From the NCBI GenBank assembly GCA_004022145.1, contig RCNU01000011.1: a stretch of 64,000 bases of DNA; one strand, given 5' to 3'. A program made the translations under genes and the position numbers. The stretch's first letter is position 1. Every line of letters begins with the position of its first letter. Below, one piece after another: positions 1 to 11,700 of this stretch. A model generated the notes under the pieces. The model was not told where the DNA came from, did not search any database, and saw only the letters and a list, made by a program, of their open reading frames with translations. The DNA is from Paecilomyces variotii. Its lineage: Eukaryota.

Positions 1-33
1 CGCGGTAGTGAGACTGCATACTAACTTTCTCAG

Positions 34-926
34 CGTCGCCTCCTACCTTCAGAAAATAGATGCGTTGCGCTGGACATCTCATATGGACGAGAGCCTCCGC
101 ATCCTAGCTGAAAAGCAGGAATGCCCCACAGATATTGTCTTGGTACAGCAGGTCCGACTGCAGTTGATCTCAGAGAAAGTGGCGCAGGGACCCTGGCAGT
201 ATGGAGCAGCTGAAAACACGAATTCTCATGAGCCCCCTCCCGCTTTTTACCTCCAGGCGCTTCAATCCCAGGTGATGGAAGCCGTGCAAAAGGCACCGCC
301 TGAATTGCAGCACAACGGTGAGTGGGAGTTGGCGAGACATTCGCTGCATAAGCCACTGACAAGTATGAATAGAAGTAGTTCTCCTGCAGCAACATTACAC
401 GGAACTCACCATCCAAGAAATCTCTCTGACGAGAGCACCTATTATGTCAAGTACCACCAACTTCCAGAGGCTCGAAAGTCTCTATTCATGCCTGAGCTCA
501 GCAAAGGCGTATACGGACATATTCTGCAACATCCCACCGGCTGAATTCTTCGGAATGCCATTCTCGACTTTCTCCCAATTCGGACACTGCTTAATAGCAC
601 TTTACAAACTATCTACTCTCGAGGATCCCGCCTGGGATAAGGCCATGGTTCGAAACACGGCGGATGTGTTACTTATAATAGACCGAGTGGTTCAGATTAT
701 GGGGCATGTAGTGGAGTTTGTGGCCGGTCCCGAGCAAGAAGACCGAACGTTCATTAAGGGAGCCGCACTGATGCGCTCCCTGCGACAGAAATGGGCGGAA
801 AACTTGTCTACTGTCTCGGGTGAATCTGACGCGAGCCTAAACAGACAGGACCCGGAGGATATATTGAGTGCTTTCCCGCTGGAATGGCCTGATGATGCGT
901 GGCTGAATGATATCTTTATGTGCTAG
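34..926 (+). CDS. Fungal-specific (probably Zn2Cys6-type) transcription factor, C-terminal part; 5' end lies outside the window
   Basis: Exons 34-317 and 373-926 (acceptor CTAAC..CAG ending at 33; intron GTGAGT 318..AG 372) join ORFs 8..544 and 444..926. Sequence 'LRWTSHMDESLRILAEKQECPTDIVLVQQVRLQLI', 'LYKLSTLEDPAWD' and the acidic aromatic tail 'WPDDAWLNDIF' resemble the C-terminus of cluster-associated C6 regulators. The DNA-binding domain is not visible. Confidence 0.7.
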
Positions 927-1057
927 GCTATTAACGAATTAGACTGTATAACTAGAGAAGAGGTTAAAAGTATCATCTTCATGAATATTAAATGATCAAA
1001 ACTGCGAATTTAATAAAGATAAAATAGGCATTAGGAGAGAATAAATTACAGAGATCG

Positions 1058-1116
1058 CCGTTTCGGATTTCGGATTTAAATGCCCCACGAAACCCGGCCG
1101 ATCAGGCTATATATCG
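1058..1116 (+). promoter_or_regulatory. Putative Zn2Cys6 binding sites (CCG-N3-CGG; TTTCGGA x2) and TATA box upstream of the MFS gene
   Basis: CCGTTTCGGATTTCGGATTT at 1058-1077, CCCGGCCG near 1093-1100 and TATATAT near 1108-1114, 140-190 bp upstream of ATG 1252. Confidence 0.4.
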
Positions 1117-1251
1117 AAACATCTCTTATGGGAAATATAAGAATCAGGAGAAATAATCGTGAGAAGCCTTAGTTCATACGTGAATATTCGAATCCCAAGT
1201 CTTTTCTTGCCAGTCCGCACGCAGTCGACAAGCACAACAAGCTCCTCGGAA

Positions 1252-3548
1252 ATGGGAGAATACACAACAACTCCCCCAGCTGGGGACGCAGCACATGAAA
1301 AGGGACAACAATTCCTCGAAAAGCAAACGAACCAAGCGCACGGCGAAGATGACAGCGCCGATACACTCGAAAACGACGCGAGAAGCAAAGAACCAGAAGG
1401 CATCACTGGTCTCCAGCTCTTTATCCTTCTGGGCTCCCTGACGCTGGTTATATTTCTTATGATGATGGATATGTCTATTGTTTCGACGGTAAATTTATGA
1501 ATATTCGGATGGAAGGGTGCGCATGATTTGCTGACTGAGGATTGCAATAATATAGGCGACTCCCCGTATCACTAGCGACTTCAAGTCCCTTCAAGATGTG
1601 GGTTGGTATGGGAGTGCGTATCAACTTGCGAGGTATGATGCTTCCTGATCATGAGAGAAAAGAAAAAAAGTGTAATTGGAATATACTGATATGTCGTGAT
1701 CAGTGCTTCTCTGCAACCATTGACGGGGAAGTTCTACACCTATTTCAAATCAAAGGTATGTATATTCCTTTTGAAACCCGATGTTGTAATTCTTAGACAA
1801 TGATGGCCTGACATCTTGTGCCTAGTGGACTTTTCTTGTATTCTTCGGGATCTTCGAGCTTGGCTCTTTGATATGCGGCGTTGCAACTTCATCAAAGATG
1901 CTCATTGTCGGACGGGCCGTGGCCGGTATGGGCTCTTCAGGTCTTCAGAACGGAGCTTTGACTATAATGGCTGCAGCTGTGCCAATGCAGAAACGACCAG
2001 GTGTGTATGACCGGCAACAATTGAAACTTACCCAGTAGGAGGACCCACTAACAATTTATATTGAAAGCTTTGTTGGGGATGATGATGGGTGGTAAGTAGA
2101 AATCTTGCTCAGATGTTTGCGGATCTCCATCAATGATGACTGACCATGTATTTCAGTTGGACAATTTGGTCTTATTATCGCACCGCTTGTTGGAGGGGCT
2201 TTTACAGAGTATACAACGTGGCGTTGGTGTGAGTGGTCCCTCTTTCTGCTTATGTACAGACATGGCAGCTGTTTTGTTCATATCATCGAGTTCGTTCGAT
2301 AACTTACACCCTATGCTCCTAGGCTTCTATATCAACTTACCCATAGGTGGATTAGTCGCAATCCTGCTCGCATTGATCCGTATTCCCAATAATTCCACCA
2401 AGTCCGAGAGTGGTTCGGTATTCCGGACTATCATCGAGAGATTCGATATTTTCGGATTCACACTCTTTGCACCAGCCGCTATCCAACTCCTGCTCGCGCT
2501 CCAGTACGGAGGGAACCGATACGCTTGGAATAGCGCTACTATAATTGGACTCTTCTGTGGCGCTGGAGGTACCTGCATCGTGTTCCTCTTGTGGGAATAC
2601 CGGAAAGGAGACAACGCTATGATCCCGTTCTCGATTGCCCGACAAAGGGTTGTGTGGTGCAGCTGCATATTTGGATTCTTCCTCATGGGCACTGTGATGT
2701 GTACTTCGTACTATCTTCCTATCTACTTCCAAGCCGTCAAGGGGGTGACTCCGACGTTGAGTGGAGTATATCTTCTACCAAGCATCTTGAGTCAGTTGAT
2801 GCTTGCTGTTATATCGGGTGCTTTAGGTAAGAGTTTGACTGAGTATGCGACTATCCACACAGACAGTATATGTTAGAGGATGGTCATAGTCAAGTTGCTG
2901 ACTGTATGCAAGTTTCGAAATTAGGATACTACCTCCCGTTCGCTCTCTTCAGTGGAGCCGTAACAGCAGTTGGAAATGGGTTGATTTCTACATTCTCACC
3001 AGGAACTTCCACAGGGAAGTGGATCGGATATCAGATAATTCTCGGAGTCGGTCGTGGTTGTGGATTTCAGATGGTGAGTCCAACCTATTCTCTTACTCTC
3101 TCTCTCTCTCTCTCTCTCTATGTATCGTGACTGCGTCAAGTACAACTTCCTAACTTTCTCCTCACTACAGAGCATCGTGGCAATCCAAAATATTCTCCCA
3201 ATGGCACAGATCTCCGTCGCCATGTCCGTGCTCATGTTCTGCCAGACGCTCGGAGGTGCTATTATCGTTACAATCGCAGACACGATCTTCAACAACAGTC
3301 TGAAGACTGAAATCCCTCGATATTCTCCGTCTGTCAATGCCGAAACGGTGATATCTGCCGGAGCGGCGGCCATCAGGGACGTGGTCTCGCCGAAGGATCT
3401 ACAGGGAGTGTTGTTGGCATACAGCAAAAGTGTCGACCATGTCTTCTATCTGGCTGCGGGACTTGCTGTTGGGTTTTTCTGCTTTGGATGGGGTCTGGGA
3501 TGGAAGGATATTAGGAAGAAGAAAGCAGTGGTGCCAGGTGAAGCATGA
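1252..3548 (+). CDS. MFS drug:H+ antiporter (DHA2, 14-TM) toxin efflux pump, GliA/AflT-like; multi-exon
   Basis: ATG 1252 (MGEYTTTPP...). Spliced exons give [48 protein letters not shown](C)[37 protein letters not shown], and end in [11 protein letters not shown] (TGA 3548). Confidence 0.92.
3096..3119. repeat. (CT)n microsatellite in an MFS intron
   Basis: Run of ctctctct... inside the intron starting GTGAGT at 3074. Confidence 0.85.
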
Positions 3549-6087
3549 GATGGTTCTATTAACAACGTCCGCGGCGGTCCGTTTTTGACTAACTAGGTAT
3601 ATGGAGCTCTGTTTAAGAAGCAACTTGAGAGTTCATTGTTTAATTCTTAATAACGTACCATACCACAGAATACTAGACTACATATGAGAATACAATAGAA
3701 GCATTGAAATAGAGCGTGAAAGCATACCATAAGAGTGAGAGACATCGAAAACTCAAAAGCTATTGTACCATAGATTCCGAACATACACGATGTTTAATTA
3801 CTTTAACCTTGGACGATATTTCACATGTTTGAAGGAGTTACTCTACAACAGCCTGCATTACGATCCAAAACAGGATAGATACAACATACAGAATTCCCCC
3901 AACAAAACACACTTGTGAAACTATACGAGGATCGAAAATACTACAAATGATCACATCGATGACGATAGGACGCCCGGATGTCTCTTCCCCGGTGGAGATA
4001 ACATCCGCATCCACATTGTGTTAACAACATACAGTACCATAAGTTAGAAGAATCCCCTAAGTACCTAAGGTAACATGGGGTCTCCATCGAATAGTAGCAT
4101 TCGACCATTATATCTCTCCAATTAAGGGAGGTTTATCTCAGCCTTTTTACATGTTCATTTTGAATATCTTGTTATGCCGTTTAGACTATGCAATGCTCCG
4201 GCTATGTTTTAAGCCTATATTAATACAGCGCTAAGGGGCCTATTAGATATCTGCTGCATTATATACCTAGATAACATTCTAATCTTCTTAATAGATAAGA
4301 AAGGATATAAATAGTATATCTCTAAAGTGCTAAAAAGACTCTATAAGTATAATTTATATATAAAGCTAAGTAAATATAAATTTTATAAAGAGGAAGTTTT
4401 TTTTCTTAGATTTATTATAAGATATAATAGGATTAAAATAAATCTCTCTAAGATTAAAATAATTTGTAATTAGCCTATATTAAAGATCTTTTATAATATT
4501 TAGATTTTTTTAAGATTTATAAGTTTTTTTAAAAGATTTATTTATAATTACTTCTCTATTATAATATTATTAATAGACTTATTTAAGGGCAGTAAAAATA
4601 ATAAAAAAATAAGCCTATTAAAATAAATATCTAAAATATAAAAAATATTTAAAGATTTAAAAACTATATTTATTAAACTACTAGTATTATAATATTATAA
4701 TCTAGAGAAGCTAATTATAATAGCTATAGATACCTTAGGATTTATTTTAGCTATTATTTTACTATAGCTTATAAGTAAGGTAATAGAATAATAATATCTA
4801 GTTATATATTTCTTAAAGAAATTTACTAAAATTAAATATTAATATAAAATATATAATTAGGAATTATTAGCAATAATTAAAGCTTTTAAATATTAAAGAT
4901 ACTATTTAGATAATAATAAATATCTTACTTAAATATAGATTAACTATATAAACTTACGCTATTTTTTTATAATAAAGACTTTAAATAATAAATAGGTAAG
5001 ATAGGTAAAGTTATTAGCAGGCTATAACTTTTATATTAAATATAAGCTAGGTTATTTAAATATAATTAATATACTATCTTAGAGATTAGACTATAAATTT
5101 TTAAAAAAAAATAAGAGATTAAACTACTATCTACTCTATAAAAAAACTAAAACTATATATTTTAAATAAAAAAAATAATATAAATAATTATAAATATTTA
5201 CTGCTAAGATTATTAATATTAAAAGTTACTAATAAGGAGATAATCTAAGATTTTTTAAAGCCTAATCTTCTAGAGTTACTTAAGCAGCTTTAATAAAAAG
5301 ATACCTTTATATTAAAGAAGATTAATAATTTAAAAACTAAGTAAGCTAAAAGCTTTAAATAGATTATAAATAATAAGAGTCTATTATAAAGATAAGATTA
5401 GATTTATATCTTAAATAAATATTTATTAAAATAAAAATTACTATAAATTTATTATAATAATCTATATATTAGCTATTAAAAAATTAAAACTATAAAAGAA
5501 TTACTTAAATAAAAGTTTTATTAGTTAAGTATATAAAATAATATATAAGAATATATAAAGACTTATAATATTTATAAAAGGAATAGAATTCTTAGATATA
5601 AGCTATATAAGCAGGTAAGCTTATTACCTATAATAGAAAGACCCTAATAGAATATATTAATAAACTTTATTATTAGCCTATTATTATTAACTTAATAAGA
5701 AGTTAAATATAATATAATCTTAGTAATTATAGACTAATACTCTAAGATAGCTTTATATATTTTAACTTAAGAAATAATTATAATAAAAGACCTGGCTAAC
5801 CTAATAATAAAAAGAGTATATTATTAATTTAATCTTTTAAAATTAATTATTTCTAATTAAAGATTAATATTTATTAATAAATACTAGACTAAGCTTTATT
5901 AATATATATAAATTACCTAATTAATAAATACTGCTTTTTATCTATAAATAAATAAGTAAATAGAGCGCTAAAATTAGACCTTAGAATATTACCTTAGAAT
6001 ATATATAAATTATTATTAAGATAATTAGGCATTATTATTAAGTATAGCAGAGTATACCTATAATAATATAAAGTATTTTATTATTAG

Positions 6088-6458
6088 TATAAAGAGCTAG
6101 GGTAAGGAAGCTCTTTATTAGAGGTAATTAGTTAGACTAATTAAACAGAATATAAGATAAGAAGTAAAAATACAGGCAAGTAGCTGTTTATATATAATAG
6201 AGTTAAGGGTTAGATTTAATAATAATTAGAATAAATTGCTAATCTATTTAACTTCTATTTCTTTAGGGGTTATTTATTTATTTATTTATTTTACTAGATT
6301 ATTTAAATAATCTAGTCTTAATAACTCTATTTATAACTAGCTAATTTAATTATTATATATAGATCTAATTATCTTATTATTCTTTATTATCTATTCTAGA
6401 TTATCTATCTTAGGTCTTAGTAAGTCTAGATTAAATATTATAGCCTTAATTTATAATA
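6088..6458 (-). repeat. Family A LTR (3' LTR of A-)
   Basis: TATAAAGAGCTAGGG...TTATAATA, a RIP-altered TGTAAAG...TTGTAACA; same 371-bp length as the other two copies. Confidence 0.9.
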
Positions 6459-6781
6459 ATATCTCCTTTTATTAAAAGGCTTATCTTAAGCTATATAAAG
6501 TTTATTATATAAGTCTAAATATTTAGGTATAGCTATAATAATAATAATAAGTTATTATTAAAATATACTTATTATATAAATTTATTTAATATTAGTTTTA
6601 TTTTAATATTTTTATTTAAGAGATTAAGAGTATTTCTATTTTTTATTAACTAACTCTTATTCTTCTACCTATATATTAAGTTATCTTTTTCTTATTTCTG
6701 TAGTTTATTTAATGCTATTTTTAATAGTTTAAATATAGAAATAGCTAATAATTATATAGGCATATTAAAAATAAGATTTTT

Positions 6782-8160
6782 AAGTTATTTTCTTTATAGG
6801 TCCTATATATATATTTAATATAAATTATAACTCTTTAAGTTTATATAATAATATTAATTAATATAATAATATTTCCTAAATATTTTAAGTATATTTTATT
6901 TATTCTAGGCTCTCTTAATAAGGCCTTTATAGCTAGCCTTAAGCTATTATAACTGCTAATTAAAGATTATTTATTTAATTATTAGCTTAATATAGATAAT
7001 AAATAGCTTAATAAACTATCTTTCTCTCTTATATCTCTAATTACTAATATAATATTAGAATTAATAACTTTTTCTTTATAAATTATTCTATTTATTGCTA
7101 TTAATAGTAATAATAAAATATCTTTATTAAAATTATTTATAGAGAACTCTTTAATAAAAGAGTATCTCCTACTTAAAATATATAGAGATTAGTTTATATT
7201 TAGTAATATAATTCCTCCTATATATAAGGAGGTATAAATTAATTTATTATATTCTTTTTAAAGATTAAAATATAATTATAATAATATTACTCTTACTATA
7301 CTTATAATAAAGAAAACTTTTACTTAGCTAGCTAAAAAATTATAAAGGAGATTAAAAATAAAGGAGGTTTTTAGTATAAAGACTTAGGGAACTTAAAATA
7401 TTATTATAACTTTTATTCTTAAAGTTAAAGCTATTATTAAAATACTTCCTTTTTAAATTAATTTAGCTCTTATTAAAATAATAATATTAATTATTATTAT
7501 TAATATTAATATAATAATAGATTATTTTATTACTTTTAAGGCAGACCCTATTATAAATCTTTTTAGCCTAAAGAATTTAATTAAAGACTTTTCTCTTATT
7601 TTATAGAAGATATATCTTTACTATTTAAAGGCCTTAATATAAGATTTAAAGTAATAATATATCTATTCTTATATTAATATAAAGTATCTTTATTATAAGA
7701 GCCTTTATAAGCTATATATTCTTATATTGCTAATATATAAAGCTAAATTAATTTATATTTAAAGTCTTAGCTAAAAGGCTTATTTTTTAAGTAATTTAAA
7801 GTCTTTTAATAAAGCTATAAATATATATATATTTTTTATAAAGATATATATACAAAAATCTATATTTAAGACTATTAAATACTAGCTTAATACTACTATT
7901 ATCTTATTAATCTTATTATATTTTAAATTAAAGTTATTATATCTCTTTTAAGAGTTATATTAAATAATCTATTTATTAAACTATAATATTTTATATATAA
8001 TAAATATATTTATCTAATTATAAAGACTGCCTCTATTCTTTAATAAGAAGAAAGAAGATATTATTAAGGGGTTTTATAGTAATAAAATAGCTAAATAGAA
8101 TAATTTTATAGGCTTATATTTAAATTATTAGCTAGGGCTAGCCTAATTAAATTAAATTAT
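6782..8160 (+). pseudogene. Putative fossil extra ORF (antisense to pol) in the 3' region of family A; second copy at ~22820-24200 on the - strand
   Basis: One + strand frame (positions = 2 mod 3) runs ~450 codons with no apparent frameshift and relatively few stops, all TAA/TAG and so explicable by RIP. Ends are approximate. Confidence 0.5.
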
Positions 8161-8613
8161 TTTTATTAAGATTCTTTTTTTCTATATCTTTTTTAAAACT
8201 CTTAAATCTTATAAAAAAATTAGAAAAAGAGTAATATATATAGTAATATATTTAATAATAGTTAAAAAACCTAATAGGAGAAAAAGTATTATTATCTATT
8301 TATTTTACTTTATTTTCTAATTTTTAACTCTTTTTTATCTTATTTTTATTTAAGCAGCTTATTTATATTAAAAGCCTTATTAAAGTTTTTATTATAATAT
8401 TTTTCTAGAGCTTTAATTATATATATAAAATCTTCTAATATCTATTATAAGTTTTTATATAAAGAATATTTTTTTTATTTTATTAGGAACTATTTTTTCT
8501 TATAAAAAGTTTATTTATTAAGAATTTTTTTTATCTTTTATTCTTATTCTCTATTAATAAAAATTAAATTTAACTATTTAAATTCTATCTCTTTTTATTA
8601 ATTATAGGGTTTT

Positions 8614-8762
8614 TATAACTAGGCGAAGCTATAGAAATATAGGAGGTAAGAAGGTTAATTGCTTTACTAGAGGGATACTGCTTACTAAGTGCTGCTAAGG
8701 TAGTTTAATAAGTAGTCTAATACTACTATAGCCGCAGCTATAGCAGAGCTATATCTATAATA
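8614..8762 (-). repeat. Family B LTR (3')
   Basis: Direct repeat of 16916-17064; adjacent to the polypurine tract. Confidence 0.9.
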
Positions 8763-11700
8763 AAATGCCCCCCCCCTTAAATAAAAGAAATAGTATCTGC
8801 GCTATAATATAATTAGATATAATTTATTAGCTATAGCTATTTTATTCTTTATCTAGGAAGACTTCCTTAGCGCTTAAAAGCTCTTTAATATTATTTTTTA
8901 TAATCCTAATAGGCTATATAGTACTAATTATAAATTTATTTTACTGAAAAACTAGCTATTTTTATTCTCTTTATTATTATTTTTATTAGTAATATTTATA
9001 TTAGTAGATATTAAGCTAGGCCTAGTAGCCTTTAAGGAAGCCTTAGTAAAGCTATTTAATAAGGTTAATAAGGCTATTATATATATAGTATTAAGGGAAG
9101 AAAATAATATTATTATATTTTACTAATTAATAATTCTTATCTATTAAATAATAAGGTTAGTTTTTTTATTATTATAATAAGCCTAGTAGAATTATTATAT
9201 ATAATAAGATTAATAGCCCTTTCTAGCAAAGCTATTATTTATTCTTTAAGAATCTTTTTTTTATTATATCTATTAAGACTTTTATTATAGCTATAAGCAG
9301 ATTCTTTAAGTCTAAAAGAATTAGGCGCTTAGGGCTTAATTCTTAAATAAGTATAATAGTTATAAAGATAAAGCATAACTCTAATTATAAAAATGCCTAA
9401 TATCTATTTATATAGATTATATTGCCTTAGTAATCTTATATTATTCTTATAATAGCTAGGTTACTTTACTTCTAAGGTTATAGGTTCTTAAACTGTTTTT
9501 TACTATTTATATTAGGCTACTCTTATTTATTATCTAGATATTTCTATATATATTATTTCTCTATCTATTCTTCTTTTTTATTAGGGCTTATATTATTTAT
9601 AGTATTATTAATATTATCTTCTAATATTAAGTTATTAGTATTATCTTTTAATATTAGATTAATAGTTAGGGGCTATAGCCTATAGTAGATTATTAGTTAG
9701 GCTAAGTATATATTAGGGCTATTGCTAGGGCTTAGATTTAAATTTTTATTTATAAGATTTTTACTAATATTAAGTTCTCCTACTATTATAATATAGTAAT
9801 ATTTTTCCTTAAAGATATATTAATAATATGCTTTAATCCGCTAATAGAATTATAGAATATTATTTAATTATATTAGTATTACTATTATAGCGTATATTAA
9901 GCATATTAATATTAAGTATTTTATTAAGTCTAGGAACTACTCTTTCTATCTAGCCTTATAATCTTATAATATTTCTCCTATTTAAATATTATAGTAAAGT
10001 CTTAGTCTCTTTTATAGGGCAGGTTATTTTACTAGCTATATATTTAGTTATATAATTATAATATAGCCTCCGTCCTTATTATTAAGTATAAAGATACTTA
10101 TTAATATATTAATATTTAATAATAATATAGGATAAATAGTAGTTTATACTAAATAAGGGAGATTAAGCTAATATTTTATTAAAATTAGCTATAGGTATAA
10201 TATAAGAATAAAATAGGTAAAGTATTATTAGTACTAATTAAGTAAGCTAATAATCTCTCTTTTAATAGTAAATATATAGAACTACTAGTAACTTTATTCT
10301 TATATTTTTTTATTAGCTTTAGCGCGTCTCTAAGATTATTAATATTATATTATATATTATATTCTAGCCTTTAGCCCTTTTATTAGACTAAGTATTCTAT
10401 AATAATATATTAGTAATATTAGTAGATATACTTATCTATAAGCTTCTTAATTTTATAGGTCTTAGTATTATCTTTTTCTATATATAGTGCTAGTAGTAGT
10501 TATAGCTATCTATTAAAAGGGTTATCCCCTAATAAGGCCGGCTTTAAGTATACTACTAAAAATATATTATATATTCTTTAGTATAATAATAGCTCTAGCT
10601 TATATACTAGTTTTCCTATATATTAAATTATTTTAAAAGGTCTAATATATTGTTATAAAAGCTTTCTTCTTAATACCTCTATTACTAGTATTAAGTAGCC
10701 TTTATAAAGATATAAATAGACCTAATTACTGGGTATAAAGGTAATATAGAGATATTACTAATTATAATATTACTTAGCTAATATAGCTATTATCTTTATA
10801 GCTTCTCTTATATTAATTTTATATATAAAGTTTTATTCTAGTTTTATATTATATATAAGATCTGTAAATATAGGTAATTTAATACTATATACTAGCTAAT
10901 ATAGTATATGCCTTATAGATATGCTTTTATTATTATTAAAGGCCTCTTAAAGCTATAATAGCGCTAAGGGCTAATCTATTAAAGTATTTAATATACTAAG
11001 AAAATACCTAAAAGCTATTTCTGCTTATTAGTTTATATACTTTAATTACTTATTTATTTACGGGTAAAACGCTATTAAAAATAATAGCTAAATATCTAGG
11101 TATTTAAAAAGTTTCTTCTATAAGTTAGATAGAAATTTAAGGTTTTTATTAGAGATAATTTTCTATAATAAATCCTAGTTCTTAATATATAGATAATTTA
11201 GCAGAGCTACTGCTTAATTAGCTATAGTCTAAGTAGCTTTTTTTAAAATAAATATTATTCTTTTAGTAAACTTATATATTATTAATATAGCTTAATTAAG
11301 GCTATCTCTTATCTTAGGCAGGCCTATAATAAAATTAATAGTTAGTATATTAAATAAGATTAGTAGCATTATAATAGGCTATATAGACTTAAAGGGCTAA
11401 TATTACTATATTTAATTTACTATATATTTAGGGCAGTAGGTAATATATTCTTATACTAGCTTAAATATCTTATAAATAGCTAAACTATTTAGTCTATTTA
11501 GTATCCTATTAATTCTAGGATAATTAATTTAATTATAGATAAGCTATAGTATCTTTAAGACTATTAATTATAGAATATATAGATATTAATATCTATTATA
11601 CTTATCAATTAAGTATAAAAGACTATCTTCTATCTTATATAGTAATATTGCCTTTAACTTATTCTATAGATTATCTAATATTTAACTTTATTTAGAGTTT

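Noticed and set aside
4020-4024. GTTAA matching the right flank of A+ as a left TSD
   Set aside because: Not followed by LTR sequence and 130 bp from the element remnant; a chance 5-mer.
3656-4041. Four TACCATA motifs downstream of the MFS gene
   Set aside because: Irregular spacing and short; not distinguishable from 3'-flank compositional bias; not CRISPR-like.
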